A DNA stretch of 64,000 nucleotides from Candidatus Culexmicrobium cathedralense (GTDB lineage Archaea > Thermoproteota > Methanomethylicia > Culexarchaeales > Culexmicrobiaceae): the NCBI GenBank assembly GCA_025061115.1, contig JANZKC010000003.1, positions 129,196 through 193,195 on the forward strand. Direction: 5' to 3'. The notes below the pieces were generated by a model, which saw only the letters and a program-made list of their open reading frames with translations, was not told where the DNA came from and did no database searches. The position numbers and the translations under genes are program-made. Below are positions 9,118 through 18,024 of this stretch, piece by piece. How positions within the stretch are numbered: the first letter of the stretch is position 1; every line of letters starts with the position of its first letter.

Positions 9118-10071
9118 ATGAAGTGTCCGCATTGCGGAGCTGAATTTGATGTACCAGATGGAGTATCAGCAGCTGTCTGCCCATATTGTGGAACAACGAT
9201 TAATGTTGCAACTAGGGAAGTTGAAGTCGAACACTATATTTTCCCAGTAATTTATGATCTAAATAAAGCCTATGGGAAGTTAAAGGCTATCGTTTCAAGG
9301 CAATTCGGCGTCCCCATAGACCTAAGCGATGCTTCCAACCTAATATTTAGGCGGTTGCACTATATCCCACTTTACGTTTACTACGTGGAGGGCAGAGCAA
9401 TCTGCAAGGACTCCGAAGTTCTTGAAATTGATTACGTGGCTATTCCAGCATTGAAAATTGCTCCAGTTCCAATACCAGAAAATTATAGATTTCCCGTTAG
9501 AGGAAGACAGTACTTTAAGCCAGCAATACTCGAGATGGGTAAGTACTATACTCCCGCCCTCTCTAAGGATGCCGTAGAAAAATACGCTAAGTCTAAAATT
9601 TACTATAGGCTTGTTAGCGAAGCGAGGCTTTCGTGCCCGGAGGCTCCAATTAAAATTGATTGTAAGTATGAAGGACTAGTTCACTACCCAATATGGGAAC
9701 TAGTGTACTCCTATAAAAATGAGAAGTTTAGGGGGATTGTGGATGCAGTGTGCGGTGAAGTTCTTTTCGCAGAATATCCTATGTCCACTCTTCACAGAAC
9801 CTACGCTTTAGCACTTGCAGTGGGAATGGCCATTGGAGGATTAATCGTTGGATTAGGTGTAGGTCTACTGTTCAAATCAACTTTAATTGGTGCATTTGGA
9901 GGATTAATTGCAGGCATTGCAGGCGCATACCCGCCGTTCACCAAATCGGCATTTAAAAAGCAGGAGTATAAGCCTCCATTTTACGGGAAATTAATGAAGG
10001 AAGATGAGCTCGCTTCACTGCTGAGAAGGGGATTTAAGCTGGTGACATTTCTCCCTAAAATCGAATTGTAG
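9118..10071 (+). CDS. zinc-ribbon membrane protein, paralogous architecture to 8146..9111
   Basis: 317 aa. N-terminal CPHCG(x15)CPYCG ribbon and a C-terminal glycine-zipper TM region (GGLIVGLGVGLLF, GGLIAGIAGA). Confidence 0.6.
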   Translation: MKCPHCGAEFDVPDGVSAAVCPYCGTTINVATREVEVEHYIFPVIYDLNKAYGKLKAIVSRQFGVPIDLSDASNLIFRRLHYIPLYVYYVEGRAICKDSEVLEIDYVAIPALKIAPVPIPENYRFPVRGRQYFKPAILEMGKYYTPALSKDAVEKYAKSKIYYRLVSEARLSCPEAPIKIDCKYEGLVHYPIWELVYSYKNEKFRGIVDAVCGEVLFAEYPMSTLHRTYALALAVGMAIGGLIVGLGVGLLFKSTLIGAFGGLIAGIAGAYPPFTKSAFKKQEYKPPFYGKLMKEDELASLLRRGFKLVTFLPKIEL

Positions 10072-10094
10072 TAAAAAAGGGTAAGTGGTTTAAG

Positions 10095-11060
10095 TTAACT
10101 ATGGAATTTTGCTTGCTCTAGCGCCTCAATCAACTTTGGCAGGACTTCGTATAGATCTCCTACTATGCCATAGTCTGCTGCACTAAATATTGGAGCTTCA
10201 GGGTCCTTGTTTATTGCAACTATAATTTTGGCACCTTGGATTCCCGCCAAGTGCTGTACTGCTCCTGAAACTCCAACTCCAATGTAAAGTTTAGGTTTAA
10301 CTTTATGCCCTGAAAGTCCAACCCAGTCTGGAAGCCACTTTAAATCTGCCGCTATAGGCCTTGAGCAAGATACTTGACCATTCAATAGGCTAGCTAGCTT
10401 CTCAAGCATTTTGAAGTCTTCCTTCGACTTGAAGCCGCGTCCACCAACAACTAACACTTCAGCCTCCTCTAGTGGCACGCCTCTGATTTCCTTCTCCTTA
10501 ACTTCAATTACTGAAATTCTTGGCTTTCTAACTTCAATTTCGACTTTAACTAATTCTCCTTCAGACTTTCCTCTTCTAACTGCCTCAAAGACTTTTGGCG
10601 GAATAGTAATTATGGCCGTTTTAGTTTTGATGATTTCTGTTGCAACTGCTCTTGCAGCGTAAACCGGCTTCTTAACCATGAATGCATCTCGGTCTTTATC
10701 GTAGGTTAAATCTGTGCACTCTGTAGCGCATCCAGCTCCAATTTTAGTTGCAACTCTTGCCGCTATTTCACGCCCATTTTTAGTTGAACCTATAATTACT
10801 GCTTTTGGATTAAACTTGTCAATAAGTTTTGCAAGAGCGTCAGCCCAGCTTTCCGGAATTAAGCCTCTTAGGTTTTCGTGCTCAACAACATATACTTTTC
10901 CTGCTCCCCATTCGAAGAGCTCTTCAGCTCCACTTACGTTTTCTCCTAAAACCACTGCTGCGGGCTTGCCATTGATCATTGCAGCTACTTCGCTTACCTT
11001 TGAAAGAAGCTCCTTAGTTACATTAATCTTCTCGGAGAAAGCCCATACTTCAATGCTCAT
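10095..11060 (-). CDS. etfA: electron transfer flavoprotein alpha subunit
   Basis: 321 aa. C-terminal FAD-binding ETF-alpha signature region (YIGVGVSGAVQHLAGIQGAKIIVAINKDPEAPIF). GGAGGT Shine-Dalgarno before the ATG. Confidence 0.9.
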   Translation of the reverse strand: MSIEVWAFSEKINVTKELLSKVSEVAAMINGKPAAVVLGENVSGAEELFEWGAGKVYVVEHENLRGLIPESWADALAKLIDKFNPKAVIIGSTKNGREIAARVATKIGAGCATECTDLTYDKDRDAFMVKKPVYAARAVATEIIKTKTAIITIPPKVFEAVRRGKSEGELVKVEIEVRKPRISVIEVKEKEIRGVPLEEAEVLVVGGRGFKSKEDFKMLEKLASLLNGQVSCSRPIAADLKWLPDWVGLSGHKVKPKLYIGVGVSGAVQHLAGIQGAKIIVAINKDPEAPIFSAADYGIVGDLYEVLPKLIEALEQAKFHS

Positions 11061-11064
11061 TCTA

Positions 11065-11841
11065 TTAACCTCCTATGACACCCTCCTTTGCAAGTAACTC
11101 TAAGAGTTCTTTAACGGCTTCATCAGCTGGCTTATCCTTAATTATGTGCATTTTACGCTTCATTTCAAGTGCTTGAACATCAATTACTTCAATTCCCGGC
11201 TCCTCAACTTCAATTCCCAATGCTTCTGCATTAAGAGTGTTAATCTGCTTTCTCGCTGCCCTTAGAATAGCCATGAGGGGTGGAAGTCTAGGTACGTTGA
11301 TTTCCTTTGTAACTGTTAGTAGCACAGGCATTTCAGCTTCAATGATTTCATATTTATCCTCCAAATCTCTTTCAACAACTACCTTTTTCCCTTCAACTTT
11401 AATCGACTTTGCATGAGTTATGCATGGGATGTCAAGCAGTTCAGCAGTTCTTGGACCTACTTGTCCTGAATATGTGTCGATTGTTACTTCGCCGCATAGT
11501 ATGATGTCGATTGGACCTATCTTCTTGATTGCTGAAGCTAATGCCTTTGCAGTTACATGGGTGTCGATGTTCCTAAGCTTTTCATCACATATTAGGTATG
11601 CTTCGTCAGCTCCCATGGCCAGTGCTTCTCTAAGCACTTCCTTAGCCTTCTCGGTTCCGACAGTTATTGCTACAATGCTGCCGCCATATTTTTCCTTCAG
11701 CCTCACAGCTTCTTCAACTGCATTTCTATCAATGTCGCTCATTTTTCTTGGTGCAGCAGCTATTATTGGCTTCTTAGTTGTTTGATCGATTTTCAGTTGA
11801 CTTACATCTATTGCCTGCTTTATGCACACCGCGATTTTCAT
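11065..11841 (-). CDS. etfB: electron transfer flavoprotein beta subunit
   Basis: ETF-beta N-terminus MKIAVCIKQ. The start was moved to ATG 11841, which is preceded by GGAGGT. Sits directly upstream of etfA. Confidence 0.9.
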   Translation of the reverse strand: MKIAVCIKQAIDVSQLKIDQTTKKPIIAAAPRKMSDIDRNAVEEAVRLKEKYGGSIVAITVGTEKAKEVLREALAMGADEAYLICDEKLRNIDTHVTAKALASAIKKIGPIDIILCGEVTIDTYSGQVGPRTAELLDIPCITHAKSIKVEGKKVVVERDLEDKYEIIEAEMPVLLTVTKEINVPRLPPLMAILRAARKQINTLNAEALGIEVEEPGIEVIDVQALEMKRKMHIIKDKPADEAVKELLELLAKEGVIGG

Positions 11842-11962
11842 GCTGCTAACCTCCAAAACCTCATTTGCATGTTGAAATTTAACGTTTAGCATGCTGGAGA
11901 AGCTGATCCTAAAAACTTTTAATTTTATAATTGGTGAGTTTTAAGCAGCTGGTGAATTGGCC

Positions 11963-13231
11963 ATGGGCAAATCATCTAGAATTCCAGGCTTCTACAAGCT
12001 TTCAATTGAGGAAAGGCTTAAAATCGTGAAGGAGTTCGCCGACTTAAGCGATGAGGACATTCAAATTTTATCAAAGACTGGCAGCCTCTCAATAGAGCTG
12101 GCGGACAAAATGATCGAAAACGTCATTGGAACACTTGAGATACCCCTAGGAATTGCAGTTAACTTTCTAATTAACGGTAGAGACTACCTTATCCCAATGG
12201 CAATTGAAGAACCTTCTGTTGTCGCGGCTGCTAGTCACGCCGCTAAGCTTACGAGGGCTGGCGGAGGAATATTTACTAGCAGCACAGGCCCCTTAATGAT
12301 TGGTCAAGTACAACTAGTAAATGTAATTTCGCCCACTAAGGCCATGTATCAAATACTGAGCCATAAGGAAGAAATTCTGCGTATCGCTAATGAGCAAGAC
12401 CCAATTTTAGTAAAGCTTGGCGGTGGAGCTAAGGACTTGGAAGTGCGGGCATTAGACTCGCCGCTTGGACCAATGGTTATTACGCACTTAATTGTCGACG
12501 TGAAGGACGCCATGGGCGCAAATGCGGTTAATACTATGGCTGAAGCAGTTGCACCATACATCGAAAAAATAACTGGAGGTAAAGTATACTTGCGAATACT
12601 TTCAAATCTAGCCGATAAGCGCCTAGTGAGAGCTTATACTCGTGTGCCCAAAGAAGTTATTGGAGAAGATGTTGTAGATGGCATTGTTTATGCCTACGCC
12701 TTTGCTGCAGCCGACCCATATCGAGCTGCTACCCATAATAAAGGAATCATGAATGGAATAATTGCTGTGGCTTTAGCAACTGGAAATGACACTAGAGCTC
12801 TTGAAGCTGGAGCTCATGCTTATGCTGCAAGATCAGGCAAGTACATGCCGCTGTCAGTTTGGGAGAAGGATGAAAACGGCGACCTGATAGGCTGGCTTGA
12901 GCTTCCAATTGCCGTTGGAATTGTTGGAGGAGCAACTAGAAGTAATCCAATTGCGAGAGTTTCGCTCAAAATACTTGGAGTTAAGAGTGGAGTGGAATTA
13001 GCTGAAGTTATGGGTGCAGTGGGCTTAGCTCAAAACTTAGCTGCTCTGCGGGCTTTAGCTGCTGAGGGTATTCAGAAAGGACATATGAAGCTTCACGCTA
13101 GAAATATTTCTATTATGGCTGGTGCAGTGGGCGATGAGATTGAGAAGGTTGCAGAAGAAATGGTTCGAATAAGGGTTATTAGAGTTGACAAGGCAAAGGA
13201 AATATTAATGAAATTGAGGGGGAAGAGCTGA
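11963..13231 (+). CDS. HMG-CoA reductase, class-II-like
   Basis: About 422 aa. ENVIGTLEIPLGIAVNFLINGRDYLIPMAIEEPSVVAAAS matches the class II (Pseudomonas mevalonii-type) catalytic region rather than the class I ENVIGYMPIPVG type. ATG 11963 is preferred over TTG 11957. Confidence 0.85.
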   Translation: MGKSSRIPGFYKLSIEERLKIVKEFADLSDEDIQILSKTGSLSIELADKMIENVIGTLEIPLGIAVNFLINGRDYLIPMAIEEPSVVAAASHAAKLTRAGGGIFTSSTGPLMIGQVQLVNVISPTKAMYQILSHKEEILRIANEQDPILVKLGGGAKDLEVRALDSPLGPMVITHLIVDVKDAMGANAVNTMAEAVAPYIEKITGGKVYLRILSNLADKRLVRAYTRVPKEVIGEDVVDGIVYAYAFAAADPYRAATHNKGIMNGIIAVALATGNDTRALEAGAHAYAARSGKYMPLSVWEKDENGDLIGWLELPIAVGIVGGATRSNPIARVSLKILGVKSGVELAEVMGAVGLAQNLAALRALAAEGIQKGHMKLHARNISIMAGAVGDEIEKVAEEMVRIRVIRVDKAKEILMKLRGKS

Positions 13232-13250
13232 ATTCCAAATGACGTTTCCC

Positions 13251-15032
13251 TTATTTAATTAGCTCCCTAATCCACGCATCCAAAATCTTCTCTCCAAACT
13301 TTACTGTAACATGCTTAAACTCTCTTTCGAATTCCTTTGATTTTTCTTCAACCATTTCTTTAAGCTTCACAATTTCCTCCATCTCCTTAAGCAATAGTTT
13401 CTGAGCTTCTTCAACGCTTATCTCCTTGAAATTCACTGTCTTTCCGGGCTTAGTTTGGGCAAGCCTTCCAATATCAACCTGAATTACAGTTGCAATGATC
13501 GGGTATCCTCCAGTAGTCTGAGCGTCAGCCATTAGCACTATTGGATTTCCATCTGGAGGTACTTGAACTGCTCCAATTGTGGTTCCGCATGAAATTAACC
13601 TACCTTTGCCCTTAACGTGCCTTATCTTAGGACCTGCTAGCCTATACCCCATTCTATCCACGTGAGGTGTAACTTCGAATTCGCTGTTCAGGAAATCCAT
13701 TATCGACTTTCTTGAGAAGCATTGCGTGTGAGGGCCTAAAATGACTCTAACTTCAACTTTGCCAAGATAATTCGCTTTGCTTAGTTGTGCCGGAATTTTT
13801 CTTGCTGGACAGCTATTGACGATTGATTTGAATTTATTCTCTGCTACATGTATTACTGTGCCTCCAGTTATCCTCCTTCCAATGTTAGCTCTTAAGTAAT
13901 GCGATTTACTTCCCAAAACTTTATTCTCCGAAATTCCTCCGGCAATTGCAATATATGCCACTTGACCATCAATGAATCTCTCCACTAAAATTTCACTTCC
14001 CTTACGCACTGGCACTGCCTGCATTAATGGAATTTTTTCATCGTTAACGGTGACCTGGATTTTTGCTCCAGTAATTGCAATAATTAGATCGTCCATAGCT
14101 TTGAACGATGCTGTGCTTTGGAAAAGCTCTATGCAAGCTTCATCAACATCATTTCCAACAAGTATATTTGCAATAGCTAAAGCTTTCCTATCAAGAGCTC
14201 CTGAAACAGGCACTCCATATTTCCTAAATCCTATTCTTCCTAAGTCTTGTATGCTAACTCCTAAGCCTGCCGATATCACTTTAAGTGCCGGCTTTCCTTT
14301 AATTGCCGGTAAAACCTTCTCTTCTTCAACTTTCTCCTTTAACTTCTCATATTCCTCCTCGGTTATTGGCTTGAATTTAACTAGGTCTCCAGCTTTAAGG
14401 AGGGTTGGCGGATCCTTATTTGGGTTGAATAGCTTTAGTGGAGTTCTACCAATTATCCTCCAACCCCCTGGACTTTCAACAGAATATATTCCTGTCTCCT
14501 TGCCAGCTATACCTACAGACCCTGCAGGAACTCTTAGCCTTGGTTTTTCAAGTCTAGGCGCAGCAATAATTTCAGGGACTTCCCCCATGTAAGTGAATCC
14601 CGGCGTGAAGCCAATCATGTAAACTAGGTATGTTTGGCTTGAATGTATCTTGATAACTTCGTCGCAACTTATGCCCGCATACTTTGCTACATATTCAAGG
14701 TCTGGTCCGAACTGCTTTCCATAGACTACGGGAACTTCAATCAGCCTTTTCTCTCCAATCGCCCTTTCAACTCCTTCAACTCGAACTTCCTTTTCAGCTT
14801 CTTCTACAGCTTTGCATACTTCCTCGAACGAAATGATTGTCGGGTCATAGTGTACAAGCAGTGTTGTATATGCTGGAACTAGCTCCACAATGCCCTTCAA
14901 TTTCTTGGCCTCAACTTTTCGCATTAATGCTAAAACATAGTTATTTGCTTCTCTGCTTATTTCTTCAGCAACTTCAACTAAAACTGCAGATTCGCCCATT
15001 GGCATTAACTTGAACTTCTCATGTATCGGCAA
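13251..15032 (-). CDS. fused PxpB-PxpC (KipI-KipA / 'allophanate hydrolase subunit 1+2') protein
   Basis: 593 aa. The N-terminal half is KipI/PxpB-like (GESAVLVEV...GFTPGFTYMG). The C-terminal half is KipA/PxpC-like (LKVISAGLGVSIQDLGRIGFRKYGVPVSGALD). There is an extra ~60-aa charged C-terminal tail. Confidence 0.8.
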   Translation of the reverse strand: MPIHEKFKLMPMGESAVLVEVAEEISREANNYVLALMRKVEAKKLKGIVELVPAYTTLLVHYDPTIISFEEVCKAVEEAEKEVRVEGVERAIGEKRLIEVPVVYGKQFGPDLEYVAKYAGISCDEVIKIHSSQTYLVYMIGFTPGFTYMGEVPEIIAAPRLEKPRLRVPAGSVGIAGKETGIYSVESPGGWRIIGRTPLKLFNPNKDPPTLLKAGDLVKFKPITEEEYEKLKEKVEEEKVLPAIKGKPALKVISAGLGVSIQDLGRIGFRKYGVPVSGALDRKALAIANILVGNDVDEACIELFQSTASFKAMDDLIIAITGAKIQVTVNDEKIPLMQAVPVRKGSEILVERFIDGQVAYIAIAGGISENKVLGSKSHYLRANIGRRITGGTVIHVAENKFKSIVNSCPARKIPAQLSKANYLGKVEVRVILGPHTQCFSRKSIMDFLNSEFEVTPHVDRMGYRLAGPKIRHVKGKGRLISCGTTIGAVQVPPDGNPIVLMADAQTTGGYPIIATVIQVDIGRLAQTKPGKTVNFKEISVEEAQKLLLKEMEEIVKLKEMVEEKSKEFEREFKHVTVKFGEKILDAWIRELIK

Positions 15033-15116
15033 TTTTAAGTCACCCTTTCACATAAACGCTTACAACACAAAAGGGTATTTAAGGCTAGTCTTTAAAAGCG
15101 GTCTGGAGGACGCAAA

Positions 15117-15644
15117 TTGAGTGTGCGCGGTGAGGAGGACAAGTTTAAAACAAAGCTGGCAGCACTACTTGCAGCAGTTAATTTCTGGCTCAAGCATGAA
15201 GGCAAAGTTGAGCCAACTCTAAAGGTCAAAGTTGAAGATGAAGAGTTTTCAGCTACTATAACGCAATTAGGAGAGCGGGAGTTCGAAATTGAAGTTGATA
15301 GGGAGAAGTTTAAAGTCAAGCATACCCCTGATTTGATTGCAATAACTCAAGCAATAGTTCCGAAAGAACGTAAAATTGCATTGCCGAAAGCTGTGAAGCC
15401 AAAATTAACTCTTGAAGAAGGTGAAGTCCTCGTTAAAGCTCAGACAGCAGGTAAAATAATCGAAATTCTAGTTAAAAGCGGAGATGAAGTTAAAGAAAAT
15501 TCGCCACTAATAATAATAGAAGCCATGAAAATGGAGCTTGAAGTAACTGCGCCTCATCCAGGCAGGGTGCGAAAAATCCTTGTAAAAGTTGGAGATGAAG
15601 TTAAGATTGGAGATCCCCTCATAATATTGAAGAAATCTAAATAG
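15117..15644 (+). CDS. biotin carboxyl carrier protein (biotinyl domain) with ~100-aa N-terminal extension
   Basis: C-terminal biotinyl domain with the EAMKME motif (K138, nt 15528-15530). Start uncertain (TTG 15117 or GTG 15123). Confidence 0.85.
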   Translation: MSVRGEEDKFKTKLAALLAAVNFWLKHEGKVEPTLKVKVEDEEFSATITQLGEREFEIEVDREKFKVKHTPDLIAITQAIVPKERKIALPKAVKPKLTLEEGEVLVKAQTAGKIIEILVKSGDEVKENSPLIIIEAMKMELEVTAPHPGRVRKILVKVGDEVKIGDPLIILKKSK

Positions 15645-15657
15645 CAGGTGACTTACC

Positions 15658-17073
15658 GTGGTTAAAATCACGGACTTAACCTTGAGAGATGCCCACCAAT
15701 CCCTACTTGCAACTAGAATGAAAACTGAAGATATGTTGCCAATTCTGGAAAAAATGGACCAGATAGGATTTTATGCGATGGAAGTTTGGGGTGGAGCAAC
15801 TTTCGATGCTCCATTAAGATACCTACGTGAAGATCCTTGGGAGAGACTAAAGAAAATAAGGAGCATAGTGAAGAAGACCAAGCTTCAAATGCTATTGAGA
15901 GGTCAAAACCTAGTTGGTTATCGCCACTATCCAGATGATGTTTGCATAGCGTTTGTTGAAAAGGCTTACGAGAATGGAATAGACCTCTTTAGAATTTTCG
16001 ACGCTTTAAACGACCTAAGAAACCTTGAAGTAACAGTTAAAACTGCAAGAAAAGTTGGAGCTGAAGTTCAAATATGCATGGTTTACACCACAAGTCCAGT
16101 GCACACTGTGGATTATTACATTGATTTAGCAAGGGAGATAGCCGCCATGGAAGTCGACTCAATAGCCATCAAGGATATGTCAGGCATTTTAGAGCCTTAT
16201 GTAGCTTACGAGCTAGTTTCAAGAATCAAACGTGAAGTGAAAATTCCAATAAATATTCACTCTCACACAACTGCTGGATTAGCTCCAATAACACTAATTA
16301 AGGCAGTTGAGGCTGGAGCGGATATAATTGACTGCGTAGTTTCATCAATGTCCATGCACACCTCTCACCCACCCGCAGAAACCATAGCAGTAGCGCTTAG
16401 AGGCACACCATACGACCCAAAGTTAGACTTAAAATTGTTATTCAAAGTTTCAAGGTACTTCTGGAGGGTACGGCAAAAATATAAGGAATACGACTATGCC
16501 CTTAGAAACCCGCCAGTCGATGTTAGAGTAATTGAGCATCAAATTCCAGGAGGAATGTACAGCAACCTTCTAGCTCAATTGAGACAGCAAGCTGCCGAGG
16601 ATAAATTAGGTGAAGTGCTTGAAGAAATACCTAGAGTTAGAAAAGATTTAGGTTGGCCTCCGCTTGTAACGCCACTATCTCAAATAGTTGGCACGCAGGC
16701 GGTTGTAAACGTACTGATGGGAGATAGGTATAAGCTAATAATCAAAGAGGTGAAGGATTACATTAAAGGATTTTATGGGCGGCCGCCAGCTCCAATTAAC
16801 CCTAACTTAATAAAGAAAGCTTTAGGAGATGAAAAACCAATCAAATGCAGACCTGCAGACTTACTAAAACCAGTACTATCCGAAGTTAAAAGAAAACTGC
16901 CAAAAGACCTCGTACAAAAAGAGAAGGATTACTTGACTTACGCAATATTCCCAGAAGTTGCAATGGACTTCTTCAAGTGGAGAAAGCGATTTCTCGAGAG
17001 AAAGATTGAAGAGTATGAAGTGATGGTGCCGGGGTCGAAGTTTAAGGTCATAGTGGAGGAAGACATAAAATAA
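15658..17073 (+). CDS. carboxyltransferase, 5S/OadA/PycB-type (oxaloacetate decarboxylase alpha-like, without biotinyl domain)
   Basis: 471 aa. The N-terminal ITDLTLRDAHQSLLATRM and HSHTTAGLA motifs are typical of the pyruvate/oxaloacetate carboxyltransferase TIM barrel. GTG start after CAGGTGA. Confidence 0.9.
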   Translation: MVKITDLTLRDAHQSLLATRMKTEDMLPILEKMDQIGFYAMEVWGGATFDAPLRYLREDPWERLKKIRSIVKKTKLQMLLRGQNLVGYRHYPDDVCIAFVEKAYENGIDLFRIFDALNDLRNLEVTVKTARKVGAEVQICMVYTTSPVHTVDYYIDLAREIAAMEVDSIAIKDMSGILEPYVAYELVSRIKREVKIPINIHSHTTAGLAPITLIKAVEAGADIIDCVVSSMSMHTSHPPAETIAVALRGTPYDPKLDLKLLFKVSRYFWRVRQKYKEYDYALRNPPVDVRVIEHQIPGGMYSNLLAQLRQQAAEDKLGEVLEEIPRVRKDLGWPPLVTPLSQIVGTQAVVNVLMGDRYKLIIKEVKDYIKGFYGRPPAPINPNLIKKALGDEKPIKCRPADLLKPVLSEVKRKLPKDLVQKEKDYLTYAIFPEVAMDFFKWRKRFLERKIEEYEVMVPGSKFKVIVEEDIK

Positions 17074-17214
17074 GTATTTATTTTTGAAAAATGTAAATAA
17101 ATATCTTAAATAATGTCCACATGTGGTGTCAAATCCAATATAAAGTCGCAAGTCTTAAATACCATTCTTTGAATAAGTTTAGTCAAAGAAATCAAATTCT
17201 GAGAGGGAAGATAC

Positions 17215-18015
17215 TTGAACCCCCTAATATTCGAAATTGTAAAGGAAGAAAGGAACGCTCCACTATTAATGCTAATAATAATAATGGGCGCAGCATTTTA
17301 CTTCATTCAAAGAGCTAAAAGAGGAGTAGTTCCAAAGATAAGGCGAGTTCCGGGATTAGATGCCATTGATGAGGCAATTGGAAGAGCAACTGAAATGGGC
17401 AGACCCGTATTCTGCTCCCACGGAATCGCAAACATTTCAGACGCTACATATGGGCCTCAAACCATTGCAGGACTAGGCGTTTTAAGCTACGTAGCGCAAA
17501 TGTGCGCAAGATATGGAGCAAGATTAATTGTGCCAGTTAGGCAACTAAGCGTATTGCCAATCGCAACTGAAATTGTTGAAACAGCATATAAGTTGGAGGG
17601 CAAGCCCGAGCAATTTAGAAAAGAAGATATTATGTACCTCTCACCATGGCAGTTCGCCTACTCTCTCGCCTACATGAGCTTGATGGAGCGAGAGAGGGCG
17701 GCTGCAAACATTATGGTCGGCGCTTACTGGGCTGAGTCACTGCAATTAGCGGAAACTGGATATAGGATAGGAGCAATACAAGTTTCAGGTACGGCCAACA
17801 CCCACCAAATACCATTCTTCGTAGTAGCAACCGACTACTGCCTAATAGGTGAAGAAATCTACGCTGCAGGTGCATATCTATCCAAAGATCCACTGCAAAT
17901 TGCAAGTATTGTAGCTCAGGACGTTGGAAAATACATTGCGATAATTATCGCACTTATAGGAGCACTACTGACGACAGGAGGAATAGATTGGGTTGTAAAA
18001 GCTCTCCAATCTTAG
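17215..18015 (+). CDS. membrane-anchored protein of unknown function (gene 1 of a four-gene membrane operon)
   Basis: 266 aa with N- and C-terminal TM helices flanking a ~200-aa soluble domain. No motif recognised. Start uncertain (TTG 17215 or ATG 17269). Confidence 0.55.
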   Translation: MNPLIFEIVKEERNAPLLMLIIIMGAAFYFIQRAKRGVVPKIRRVPGLDAIDEAIGRATEMGRPVFCSHGIANISDATYGPQTIAGLGVLSYVAQMCARYGARLIVPVRQLSVLPIATEIVETAYKLEGKPEQFRKEDIMYLSPWQFAYSLAYMSLMERERAAANIMVGAYWAESLQLAETGYRIGAIQVSGTANTHQIPFFVVATDYCLIGEEIYAAGAYLSKDPLQIASIVAQDVGKYIAIIIALIGALLTTGGIDWVVKALQS

Positions 18016-18024
18016 GGGTGAGGG

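Noticed and set aside
17117-17126. Perfect 10-bp palindrome CCACATGTGG in the spacer before the four-gene membrane operon.
   Set aside because: It is a single occurrence. About 60 perfect 10-bp palindromes are expected by chance in 64 kb, so it does not support a regulatory call on its own.
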